A stretch of 60,350 nt of DNA, counting the filler, from Sphacelaria rigidula (taxonomy: Eukaryota), in assembly GCA_964200075.2 (NCBI GenBank). It is 5 parts of 5 records of this genome, joined end to end, with 100 filler letters (N's around TTAATTAATTAA, not from the genome) between each part and the next. Parts side by side here need not be neighbours in the genome. Positions count along the whole stretch, not along the records: positions 12,093 to 24,084 come from CAXNAA020004266.1; positions 24,185 to 36,173 come from CAXNAA020004267.1; 3 more parts are not named here. The stretch is one strand, 5' to 3'. Both the position numbers and the translations under genes were made by a program. Positions 12,093 to 24,554 of the stretch are shown here, piece after piece; the first letter of the stretch is position 1; each line of letters opens with the position of its first letter. Under the pieces are notes generated by a model that was not told the origin of the DNA, ran no database searches, and saw only the letters and a list, made by a program, of their open reading frames with translations.

Positions 12093-15000
12093 AAGTAGCC
12101 CCGTCCTCTACAACTCGAGACCACTCGGACACATCTTGGGCAACCTGCGTCAATGATGTGGCGTGTTATCACCCTCTTATCCACCGTAAGCTTCTATCCC
12201 CGGTGTCGCAATCTGACCAAAAAAGACCCCCCAAACGTGTATCAATACTACTGATAATTGCCCCTGAGCCACCATAAGGCGGTCCCATGAAGTGAGGTAC
12301 CCACCTCTAGGGCGGCAAAAATCGCTGGTCATCACTTCAGAATAGAATACCGTCTTCTTTTTTCAAGGATACGTGAACTACACGGGCAACGGTCCGTGGT
12401 GCCCTGCACTAGTTCGGTCATAGCGGGCCGGTCGATCCCCCGCCCAGTCGAGTAGCATTCCCTGTATCGTCTGTGAGGTGTGTCAGGTTTGTCCTCCCTC
12501 TCTATGCATGTGTTTGTACCACAGAGACTGCATCAAGGGTGCACGCGCACCCGAAGCGAAACAAGTGGTACATCACTCAGCGACGTCACAAGAATAGTTT
12601 TGACGGAACAACTACAACTGCAACAGCAGTCAGGACACCTACCGTAACGTACATGGTGCAAAAAAGAGCTAGTGCCTCCCCCTGCACACCTACTTTCGTC
12701 GGTATGACAAGTGCGGGGCTCAATCTAAACATCATACTTGTACGATAGCGCAGTGTTTACCGCACTCACATCCACATGACACTCTGTACTGTACCGTTGT
12801 TGACGGAGGAACAACATGACAGTACAGTTGTAACAGTCAGTACACACGTGTATGGTGCAAAATAGAGCTAGTGCCTTCCCCTGAACAACTGCTGCTGTTG
12901 GTATGAAAAGTCCAGGGGTCAAACATGCTCGTGAATACATCAGACCAGAGGATGTCATCAACTACACAATCACGGCCAAATTGTATTGTTGTCGTGAGAA
13001 GGAAGAATCTTCAATACCTTTGGGAGCTCTCTCGTTGTTCCCAGAAATGAGCTTGTAGTACGGAGTAACTTTGGGGGAAGACAACGACTTCGAACTTGCG
13101 CGTGCACACCCTACCCATCGATCCTCCCTGTTTCTTGTAGAAAAACATATGAAGGACCAAGCACGGCTGTATCGGACCTCAAACTGCTTCTTGTGCCTTC
13201 AAGCGGACACGAATGCCCCGCAGGTTGGTCCAGCTCTCGTCTTTCAGAGTAACCGTGCTGTTGCAACGGAACATGTAGCTCCAGAGAGAAACCGTACCTA
13301 GACGAAAGACAAAACACGACAACCTTCTCGATCTTCTGGGCCATATTTTTGCCAACCCTAGCTGTACTGTGTACTGTATACCGTAAATGCTGATGACCCA
13401 GCGAAATCGCCACCAACCGATCCCGCAACGACATCGAAGAACCCACTCGCTGTACAGGGCACAAGGTGATGACTGTAAAATGCGACGTTCCGTTGTGTGA
13501 CTATATGACGAGAGTAAGAGTGCCACGGACATATAATTGGACAACAAATACAACAGTTCATGGCGTGTTTTCATTTTAATGCTCGATTCATCTCATCGGT
13601 ACTTGCATCCATGGCCGTTCCCTCCTCCCTCGAAGAAGAGCTCTTTCACTCTCCACTCGCTGATTAGTGTTGCGAGACTGGCGACTGGAGAGGCATATCG
13701 GATGGGCGCAAGTGCACCCTCAATGATCCCCTTCGCATAGATCGTGCCGTCATCATTAGTTGATCGTACCTCCCTTGGATGAGGGACAGTCATTTCTTCG
13801 CAGCAACCGATAGAAACCTCGTGGGCGTGTGCTGACAGAGAGAGCATGGGTCGGTGCAACACCATTTCTCTGTTGTAACAGAAATTGCTATGCGCGGTAT
13901 CCTCAACTGCAGTGCAAGTACAGTCACTTGTGTGCTGCATCACAGACAGTAATTATTCACCATATTTGTGATACAGCCTCTTCAGTGAACGTGGAACGTC
14001 AAATATATACAGTAGTACACTGTAGTAGTATTAGTATGCATAGTGAGACATGTTTGGCAACGGGGTGGTGAACGGTCTCACGGAAGCTTGTTCTCTCTCA
14101 GAATATAACAGGAATTCAAACTTCCAAGCCCCCCCGCCAGACACAAAAACGCAGTATGTGCGGCAGCAATCGCAACAGGAACAACGCGAATCACCGACCT
14201 CTCAGATGCAACTACAACCAAACGGACAACACTGCGACCACACACCATACGTCAGCTACTCAATCCACAGGAAGAGCATCATAGGCGGACCCTACAGCCT
14301 CGCATGTCTGTGGAATTACCCTCGTGATAACCCATGGCAGCAAAAAAGAGCGATGATCACTGAAAATCAATACCATCCGTGGTGTACCTCGCACCCACCC
14401 CCTGGAGACGCCCCATAAAAACGCATACATGCGTGGAGTGTATGCACTCCATCTGTACTCCTGGTGCTGTACTTTTGTAAGTCTGAGTGTCTCACCTCTT
14501 CCTCTTCACCATCATCAGCTTTGCTCTCCACATCCATCACATCGCCTGGAATACCCCCCCCACCACCTCCCGCACCCCCTGCCCCGCCCGCCCTCCCTAT
14601 TCCTCCACCTATGCCGCCCGCAACGCCCGAAAACCCGCCAGTATCACCGCCTCCTGCGCCCCCCCCGCCGCCTGCAGCATAACCCGTCCTATCTCCTACC
14701 CTGAGGTCTGGCGCGAAACCTGACGGCCCGGGTGTTGTTCGAGTTTCAGGGTATCCTCCGTAGGCACCGTCCTGTCGGGAACCTTCGCCTCCGTCCTTTA
14801 TTTGGGAGTTCCCCATCGTTAAGACGCGATGACAAAATGATCACGTGCCCTTCTGTAGAGTGTATGTGGACCGGGGATACAGGAGTTAAAATGATGTCTT
14901 CGCTCGTCGCAATGCTGCCTGCTTGACCGCCCGTGCCCTGGTTGCTTTCTGATTCGTGATCGTCGCCAGTTACCCTGTACTGTACAGTAGTAGTAGTGTG

Positions 15001-15230
15001 AACAATCTCGACGATGATGACGCGATGATGATGATTGACTGAATCTGATGATGAACCGATTGAACAAAAAAAGCGTCGTCCCGTATTTCTTCACCTGGGA
15101 GAGGATGTTGGCCACCAGGGACGGAGGAGTTGCAGTGATGTCTTTCTCTCTGCTTCTCCTGCCCTGCCTGTTCCTCGGCGTTCTTCGCGCACGCTACGAA
15201 AATAAACGCTAATGTAAGAGTCAGCAAGCA
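12093..15230 (-). pseudogene. Decayed, intron-containing putative Crypton-like tyrosine recombinase gene
   Basis: Minus-strand order: Gly-rich acidic N-terminus (14816-14495, ending at a GTGAG donor); ARL*GPPMMLFLW (about 14300-14260); SLWSYMFRCNS (about 13290-13255); GPIQPCLVLHMFFYKKQ (about 13180-13130); IEREDK/LTHL/GMLLDWAG/IDR (about 12505-12425, needs frameshifts); KTVFYSEV (about 12355-12333). Recognised by eye only. Confidence 0.4.
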
Positions 15231-17189
15231 ACCACGCCGAACTTTCGATCACAGCACTGCCGTCATACCGATTTCTGATCACACCACAGCGCAAGAGCAA
15301 AAAAAGTTGCAGTGCGGAGACTAACAACGGTGACGAAAGGACTCTTGCACTTGTGGAGTTATAGGGGGACGGACACTATTTACTACGCCCTTCTATTCGT
15401 GTCCCATGAAACAACCCCCCCTGCTCTGTTTGATCGGACAAACAATTGCTGGGTCTCTCCTGTAGCTACCGATGTACGTTTTTGGCGGTGGGTCAACCGT
15501 ACTTTCATTTCGGTTGTAATACTAGATTATCGTACTCCATTCCGTCCCGTCGGTTGAAGCACGGGCCCGCCGCTCACTACGACGTACAGCGGAAGTAAAG
15601 GCACCGAGTTCATAGGTACGGGTTATTACATTAAAATTTAATTCAAGCGCAAAACCTAGAGATGTTGTTTGCACATGCGAAAGCATCGCGTTTGCACATG
15701 GCTCTTATTTCGAACGAAGTACTACCAAGCTACTTATACTTGTTGATGAATTGGGCTGGTCAAGCTCACCGTCATATCTCATCGACACGGACGAATTGGG
15801 ATCGTGATCCGTACATCTTATCAATAGCCTGATCAAGGGGGAGGTGCTCATCTGCTCAAGAGCCTGGGTCATTTCATCTACTTGATTAAACGTCATGTCG
15901 AGTAATTCTTACGCGGTGCTGCGGAGATAGGGTCATACTACAGTCTATATTGGACGGTATTTCAACGGAGAATAATATCTTTTTTGATAGTCTTATAAAC
16001 GCCTCCGCGAAAAGGGTGGATGATGGCAAACGTCCTGATTTCCCTAGGATGGTCCGCACGTGTTGTGCATGAAGCAGCAGCCCAGACAGCATCGCCAAGG
16101 CGGAGGGAGCACGCGTATGGACGATTAAGTCTTGTTGATATATAGAGAGGCAGCTCCTCCCGCAGATTTCAAGGACAAAGAGTGCTGCGTACAACGAGTT
16201 ATGGCAACATCCGTGCAGCCTAGGGTGAACCCCCCCTCCTGTGAAGCGTCGCCTCTGGTGTCATGGGAGATTTGGGAGAGCACCGCACTCGCATGACACA
16301 ACCGGCAGAGACACAGAGGAAGATCTCCATCTAGACAAAGAAATATTTTCAATGCAGAAGGATTTGCTCATATCCATCCATGTCGCAGATGAAACGAGTA
16401 GGCTGAAGTTTGAAAAGTCTCAATTTGAATTGCTCCACACCACCACATGGATACTGCAGAGAGCCCCCTTTCTGTGGCATAAGCTGTTCACCCCAGTACA
16501 GTAGTACGGGCCCGCCAGTACCATGCAATCCAATGCAGCACAGAACAGCACAACTTCGTGCAGCGGAGTGCAGTGCAGCATAGAGTATTGTACGGTCTAT
16601 GAAGTGTAGAGCTCGGGTATGAGCAGCGCCGACTGCAGGAAGAAAACGCCACGTACAAAACTACTGTAGAGCGTATATGGCGGTCGTATCCAACCCGAAC
16701 AAGATTCACATGCGAGCTGCGATCGTGGGTTGTGCGCAAACTCCGTTATCTTTCGGCGGCACAGCATGAACAGCGCATAGTGGAAGACATTTGGGATCAA
16801 AAGCATTGGCGCACACTTCTACACGTACCTACCCCCTGGTGTATTCGCTAACTGTAAATGTGGAAGAGACCCAAGACGCTCAGTTGAGATGCAACGTCTG
16901 GAGCACTTCCGAGACGCCGACCGGGGCAGTCCGAACGTGAGATACGGCACCGCAATCGATCCCGAGGTAAAAGCGCTACAACATCCCTGATGTACTAATA
17001 CCGCGCTAAATAGATCTGCTAGAGATCGCGCGCATTGATTTTTCCTCCGTTGTTTCCGCTGCTGCGACTGTGGGTTTTGAACGAAGGTGAGGACGCCTAC
17101 ATTTAGCCATAGCGTCCGTTCACATGAACCCCCGACGCCCACCCTCTCAATATTAAAGAGACCAAACGGCTGATATCATGTGTCCATCT

Positions 17190-20100
17190 GATGTTGTGCG
17201 GTCTCCTCCGAGCAGGTAGTGAAGCGCCTGCACCCCTCCGACAGACGTACCGTCCGACATATGCCATATCCACGGTGGAGAGTAGATCTCGACTGACACA
17301 CTCCGAAAGTACAATGTCGGTGGAAAATCTGAGGAACATCGCCAGGGGCCACGCCGGCGTAGGGGACGCAGCACGAAAGCGACTACGGCCCCTTCGAACG
17401 GAAAAGACACGGTGACCGTATCCTTCAGTGCCTCGGAGGAATCAATCGCGTGCGCTGAGGGAGCACTTAAAGAAAACTACAGGTTGACGGAGGCACGCTA
17501 CCCGACGCTGGGATTAGGAGTGATAGCCCGGATAAAAGGTTGCCCCGTCCGCGCTGCTCCAAACCTGCGATTATTGGTTCAACTCCCCTTCCTAACCCTG
17601 CAGAGCCGGAGGTCGTTGCAAAAGCACGCCGCAATCGTGGGCAGTGAGGTGGGGCGCGTCGTGAGACCGGAGGACGTTCAATCGTGGCTGACAGAACCCA
17701 GAACCACAGCAAACGCCCGTAAGGTTCTCGACAAGTGCACAAGGGAGCAAGCGGTGGAATTTTCGATATGGTGGCGGCGGTCGGCACAGTCAAAGCTAAG
17801 GTGGAGAGCATGGGCGGGGTTGAGGGGACTTCATGCGATGAATGGCACAATTTTATCTACTTCGTGACTACCATCGTGGTGTCCGAGCTAGCCGTGGCGG
17901 CGGACGTTGAACTCCGCGACATGTGTGCTAGAGTGCAAGAACTGAAGCGTTCGATCCCCCGCTTCAACGCCCAGCTCGAGAGTGGTTCGCCTGTAGAATC
18001 CGTGCTCAAACGGGTGACAGTTGCCGAGTCGGCGGAGGAGAAACGGGCCGTGCTTATAGCAGCTGGGTTTATCGTTAGGATGGACATCGAAGGTGCATGA
18101 GAACTGCGGAACGTGTCGGAGGATAGGGCCAAGGAACACGCGGCTGACATCTCCAGAAATATTGGCGCCATGAATCATTTTCTGACGGATGACACCGTCG
18201 GCACTGTTAGTATTGCTGAGCAGTTTGCACCATTTGAAGAAAAGAAGGGGGCGCTATACATACGCTTCGCACCGCCGCGGCGGATGATGCTGCCATGCCA
18301 GGGGCTCGGGGTGGAGCGACGGGGTCGCTGGGCGCCGCGGAGGGCTCTGGCGATGGTACGGGGGGAAGCAGTTGAAGTGGAACCGATGATGCCCCGCGCC
18401 AGCGCAACAGCACATGAACCGACGCAACGGAGAAGGTATTGCGGAGGAAGATCAAGAACAAAAATAAGCAGAATGGGAGGCTTTACATGCCGGTGCAAAA
18501 CCTCGTCAAGACTGTTCCAGGCCGGGGATTCAGAGCGATGTACGGCTTCCATTCGGCGCAGGTGTTGAGAATGCACAGAACGCCCGTGGCGATCATGGAT
18601 TACGTCTCCGCTCACGGATTATGCATGACAGAGTTAATACGGTACAAGCGAGAGCAGTACTTCGTGAAGTAGAGATTGGACATACTCTGATGGCCCTTGC
18701 ATAGAGGACTGCTGCGATCCCTTGGGACAACTGCGATTTTCGGCCCACGACGGCTGTTACTCGAACCGCCGCACATGTCAGTGCTTTACCCGCTATCTGC
18801 GTGGCTGTGAAACTGCCTGGGAATCTGTCGCTCACACAGACGCACCGCCGGCAAGAACAGTTGGTGGCCGCGGATATCACGACGGGACCCCTCGGGCACA
18901 GGGACGGAGAGCAGTGGGGTCGTTACCTATCTGTCTTCAACAATGCAGCATTTCGTTGCGCGGCGGCAGAATCGTGGGCAAAGGTGGCGACACCCACACA
19001 TGCTTGGAGATCGACCTCAGACAGGTGAAATGAGTTGCCCATTTTTGTGTACTCTTGGTCTGAACGTGCACGTGAACTTGTCGGAGACTTTCCCTTCAAC
19101 GTTGGTAGGGATATCAGTGTGAAAACATGGCAACACGACATGCCGACCCGCATGGCCCGGCGCTACGTCTAGCATGAGAACGATGTGTTGATCTTGGCGC
19201 TGTGATCACATGCACTCCAGGTCGTTCACATAGCGGTTGATTGTTGTTTTGAATAATGACAGATATCCGCACAGCCGTCGCGCCCCGATGATCACGAGGA
19301 TGTGACTTGCGTTAATTAGTTTGGAATGATGCTGATTCGATATCCCGACCGACGCGGTTCGTGTCTTGTCTGATCAGTACTTATCTCTGTCATGGAAAGT
19401 ACGAGGTAGCGAGTGACAATAGAATCCCCTGTGAAAATATCACACTGAGTGCAGGAGTGCCTATCCCATTTGTGATATCATAATTAAAGTCGTGTGCAGC
19501 GGGAGGTATGGGATGGTTCCTTGAGACCACGTATCCACCCCCGACAAGGGGGGGGTTGAAAGTGTGAGGTGAAAATATTTCAATGCGATATGTGACCCTC
19601 AAACCATCCGCCCTCGCTTGATCTCGCGGTCGAATGCCCTCACTAGGCAATGCATATGGTGCAGGAGCGGCCGCAGGTGCTTAAGTACCTGTTCATGCTG
19701 TTGGGCATTATCAAGAGTTGGTCCGACTCGAAGTCCACGATTGACCGACTTGCTGACATACGCCGCGTGGATGAGAGAGGCGCGGCGGTGGTATGTGCGA
19801 TTGCCGGCGACGAGGAGACGTTTCGGTTTATGTACCACCTCATCCGGAGTAATCCTGGCCACTATCACTGGCTCGGAAGTAAACGTCGGTGACTGACACC
19901 TTCTGTACCACACGGCGAAGGCGTTGATCAGCCGAATTCGGGGACGGGGACGGAGCACACTGCAGAGGCACTTGGTGTGAACGGAAGGAAAGCATCGGAT
20001 GCTAGCAACCACCGGGTGGCACATCATACCATCAACACGTTATTTGAGGCAACGTGGGGTAAAAGCTTCACCATTTATTGCTCAACGCATGACGCCGATA

Positions 20101-20881
20101 TGGAGGTCACCAACGCCGAAGTCGCGGCGAGCGCCGCTACTGAAGCACCGGGCTCCGCCACAGCAGCAGCATCGGGCCCCGTAGAAGCATCCGTACGAGT
20201 ACCGGACGCGGCGACAATATCACCCGTGCCATCGAACGCCGCCTGTAAAGTACAACCTGTGTCCGCCGCTGCGCCATCGCCTCTGCGGAAGGAGAGTACA
20301 GCAGCGCCTACACACGGCGTCGGGCCGGCGGCGCCCTTTTCCACCATAACAACATCAGGTGGTGAGGGGGCAACAGAGGGTGTTGGCGCGGGTCAGCAGT
20401 CAAGTCGACCGCGAGGCCGTCCGCCCACAAACCCTGTTGTGGTACACCCACAGTGGACTTCAACGGTACGTATGGAGCGTCAAGCGGGAAAAACAAAGGC
20501 TCACCGCACATGGAGCGAGGAAGGGGTCAGGGGCAGCTGTCAATAGGGATCATGCTGGGGAGCTGTGCTTGCGCGACGGCGGGACGGTGGTGGGAAGGGA
20601 GTCGGATCCGGAAACAGATCCTACCGGTCGCAATCGTTGCGACGACGGGTCAGATGGGCCCATCAGCCGCGGGTCGAAGTGCCCACCCAGGATCTGGATT
20701 GGAGATTCAGATTTCTAGTGATGCGGATCGGAGAGAGAGGGCTCGGCGTCAAAAGCTAGCGATGATCATGATGATGATTTCGCGTCTTGATCTAGCATGT
20801 TGGGATTTTGAAGACATACTTCCTGTAGATACGTTGCACGCATGTAAAGACAACCTGAAGATTGCATTCTCCGGTAAGTAG
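17190..20881 (+). pseudogene. Long decayed coding region, product unknown
   Basis: A chain of adjacent or overlapping protein-like ORFs (17412-17867, 17735-18100, 18113-18568, 18439-18672, 19650-19892, 19977-20546, 20453-20881) is linked by single stops or frameshifts. For example, 17735-18100 and 18113-18568 share a frame across one TGA. No domain recognised. Confidence 0.5.
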
Positions 20882-21023
20882 TCGCAAACTGTCCGTCGCG
20901 TGGATAGTGAAGGTGTGTAGGGCTTGGTGCGGTGCGCCCGTGGGTGTAGGGGTTTGTGGCGGGTAGTTCGGCGACGCCCATGGGCAAATCGCCGCTTGTG
21001 CGTGAGGATAAATATTGATATCC

Positions 21024-21400
21024 GGCCGGATGTTATGGGAAACAGATTTTTGGCACACGGAGTGTTCACTTCTGGAGCGTTTGACCCGCCTTTTGGCCCC
21101 CAAACAGCGAAAACTGCCAACACACGTCTCGGACACTTTGCATCACCCCACAGAGACGAACAAACTGGCGGGGGTCGGCAAGCCCAGATTTTTGCGCACG
21201 AAGTTTTGTTCAGCGGCCAAACTCGAATCCTCGGAGCCAAGCGAATCTGAAAAGAAGACTAGGCTCCTCTCTGTGGGATGATGCAAAGTGTCCGAGACGT
21301 GTGTCGGCGGTCTTCCCTGTTTGGGGGACAAAAGGTGGGTCAAACGCTCCAAAAGTAAACAATCCGTGGGCCAAAGATCTGTTTGCCATAACATCCGGCC
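21024..21400. mobile_element. Foldback/MITE with about 130-bp terminal inverted repeats
   Basis: GGCCGGATGTTATGG at 21024 pairs with CCATAACATCCGGCC ending at 21400. The arms 21024-21158 and 21265-21400 are clearly complementary (ACACGTCTCGGACACTTTGCATCA / TGATGCAAAGTGTCCGAGACGTGT). Confidence 0.9.
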
Positions 21401-23239
21401 TTAGTCGAACGAGTGTGGAATACTGTGCAGCATCACCACCGTACGCGCATCGACTCCGGTCGTTAGGTGGTGGGAACTGTGATCTGCACAGCGAGCGAAG
21501 TGCCCGGATTCGTTGGTAAATGATCATTGTGCTAAACGCTGGATGAACAACGCCGGATTGTGTTCTTCTTTCCTCTACTCTTGACATTCCTCGCACCGAA
21601 GTCCCACCTGCACCGAACCGGACGGTCGATATGACCACCTGTCCTTCGAAGCACACACTGACCCCACTGCACGGTATCCCCCGTTGATTTCCGACAGGTT
21701 GCTGTCTTGCGGAGGACACAACGAGTTGGCAGCACGTGTACGCGTGTGCGTTATACGTTGCGCGGCGATCCCGTCAGCGCGGTTCACGTGCCATTCCAGC
21801 GACAACGGCATACATCTGTTTTTAACGTCTTTTCTATTGGCGGACAATGTTGATTGTTGCATGTATGACTGCGGGAGAAGATATCCCCAAGACTAGAAGA
21901 GCGCGATATAGGGATGCAGAAATATTTTCTGAGGTTCGAAATGTCAGGGGCCCTCCATCTCATCCAAAAAATGTTTTTTACAACAATTTTTTCCTGAGGT
22001 TCAGGGTCTATCGTTGATTGAAGGTGAATTTCACTATTCGCTTCAACGTCACCAATTTTTCATTGTGTTCTTTTCTTCGCCTGGGACAATGTCGTGTGGT
22101 GATAACTTCACGTCGATATCCTACTCAGGGATATCAAAGGCTTAGGTGGCAAGCTGCTGCACTGCCGAAACAGAATCGGGGGCATTTCGATATTGAAACT
22201 ATTCCATTCATTTATATACCGCTTCTTACTCTCGATTGTATCCTAGACTATCAATCTCACGAAAACATCGTTGTATGAAATATGTGAGTATGTCACGATT
22301 GGCATTCCAATGGACTCGGGATATGCCGATCAAATCGGACAACAAGAATGTCCCGATCCATAGTCTTACGTAGCTACTAAGTATGGGAGCTCCTGAATGA
22401 GAAAGACCTGAGGCCAAATGTGCAACTCCTACCGTAGCATGATCCAAAATCGACTGAACGCGGCGTAATTTTCCCCATTATTATCGACCCTGTTTTCTCG
22501 GAGATCTCCGAATATCTCCGGACTGGCAAGGTACCTGATGACTCTAGAACACTTGCGAGCGTCACGGCGTACACGCAGAGTAACTAGCCAGGGTGCTGCG
22601 TTGCAGTCCGTTTTTTTTTTTCGGATTTATCCAAAAATGAAGCTTCGGAGAAAAAAAAAGCCGCCTCGTTTTCAGAGAAGTCTGGAGGCGGAGTCCGAGA
22701 AGTCTGAAAAGTTCTGAGATCTCCGTAAAAAACAGTGCCTATAATAGTGGGCCTTACTGCCTGCTCAATGTGGAACACCCATGACGGGATGAGCTTTTTT
22801 CCGTATCTTACATGTTTCAACATCCCTCACCGACATGGAAATATCCCGATACGCACGGTAGCTACATAGACAAATCAAGTTTCTCTGTGTAAAAAGAGAA
22901 CGCACGCCTACCAATCCTCCAGTTTCTGGCGGCGCGGGCCCTTGACGCAGATAAAAATATGCGGGTAGTAGAGAGTTTCCGAAAACGCTTTTTTTGTTAT
23001 TTCTGAGCGCAAATATCTCAGAATCAAAGTGCAGAACGTAATCAAAAACCCCATCGGAAAAAAGTTAGGGGGATACCACATTTGACGGAGGGGGAAATAT
23101 TTTCTTGCTACACTCTGATCCTGAGATATTTGCACTCAAAACTAACTAAAAAGAGTCTTTCGAAACTCTCTAGTGTCATGAGGCTGGGAGGCGTTTATGA
23201 TTAAATCCGGGACCTATAGTTGCGGGTCTGATCAGGCTG

Positions 23240-24009
23240 GAATAGGTCGGATGTGAAATTCCATAAAACGGAACAGGCTACGGTTATAGCAGCCCCCCCG
23301 GGTGGTTAGAGGAGTCGAGAAATATGGAAGGAGATGGGAGGAAACCATGATGAAATTCTGTCCATAGGTGAAGACGCGGGGTACAAGGCAAAAGTAAGAG
23401 ACATGATAGAAATAAGGGGAAAAGGAGCGCTCAGACGCGAAGTAGACGAGGAAGAACACCTGAAGATAAACGGGTGGTTCAGAGAGAGGATAGGGATGAA
23501 AGTGTATTTGCATGGCCCAATGGACGCTGCGAAACACCTGAAACTGCGATTTCGGGTGGGGGACCTGGACCTGCCAGTAAGAAGAAAGAGATAACCAGTC
23601 GTCGTGTGGAGGACGAAGTAGATGGACAGAACTGCCTCTGTGGCAGAGGAGCAGAGAGCATAAGTCATACAGGGGCAAAATGTGAACTATACAAGGAGGA
23701 ACGGGACGTGCTAGAGGGGGAAATGCGGGACGTGAACGAAGAAGGCATGAATTTTTTTGGTGCATTAGACAACAGTAGGGAGAAAATGATGGCTATACTA
23801 GGAGATGGATGGTGGCCACAGACGGCGAAACAGGACGGGGATAAGACATGTAAAAGGTTTTTGTGTAATGTACGGGAGAGAAACGTGATGAGCGTCGGAA
23901 TGTTGGAGGTAGCTCTATCAGGAGTAGGAACGGTGCTCCGTCTCGAGAGGGGTGCGTGGTCAATGGTCAAACGACTAAGGCAAGCAACGATTCAGTACCC
24001 CCCCCCCCC
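23240..24009 (+). mobile_element. 5'-truncated non-LTR (LINE) retrotransposon 3' end
   Basis: Frameshifted C-terminal ORF (GMKVYLHGPMDAAKHLKLRFRVGDLDLP; CLCGRGAESISHTGAKCELYKEER, resembling the CxC..H..C zinc-binding motif after LINE RT) ends at a poly-C run. The same 3' end recurs at 28184-28252. Confidence 0.75.
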
Positions 24010-24084
24010 TCCCACACACACACACACACATATTTTTTAATGGTCTCTCGGTGGGTGTCGCGGCCACCGCTCCGTATCAAATAC

Positions 24085-24184
24085 NNNNNNNNNNNNNNNN
24101 NNNNNNNNNNNNNNNNNNNNNNNNNNNNTTAATTAATTAANNNNNNNNNNNNNNNNNNNNNNNNNNNNNNNNNNNNNNNNNNNN
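24085..24184. other. Artificial assembly linker
   Basis: Same 100-nt N/TTAATTAATTAA/N spacer. Confidence 0.98.
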
Positions 24185-24247
24185 GCGACAAAAAAAAAAA
24201 AGCGAAAGGGGGGGGGGCTACCCCCCTGCGCACGCCGGCGGGGCGGC

Positions 24248-24278
<31 letters not shown>

Positions 24279-24554
24279 GATGTACAACAAATGAAATAAA
24301 TAAATAAAAGAGAGAGAGAGAGAGTCATTTCGAGGTGTCATACTCCGACTTGTTGGGGTAAAAAATGAGGGTTGTGAGAGAAGCAAGACGTCTACCGCCT
24401 TGAACCATGGCCCAAGATATGCTAAATCTTGGTCACCATGGATCACCTGGAAAATAATATTATAAATAATTATATATCTAGTGTCGTGAGAATGAGCCTC
24501 CACCTGGACAAGCTATTTCTTGGCAGATCGGGCCGGAACAGCACCATAACTCAC

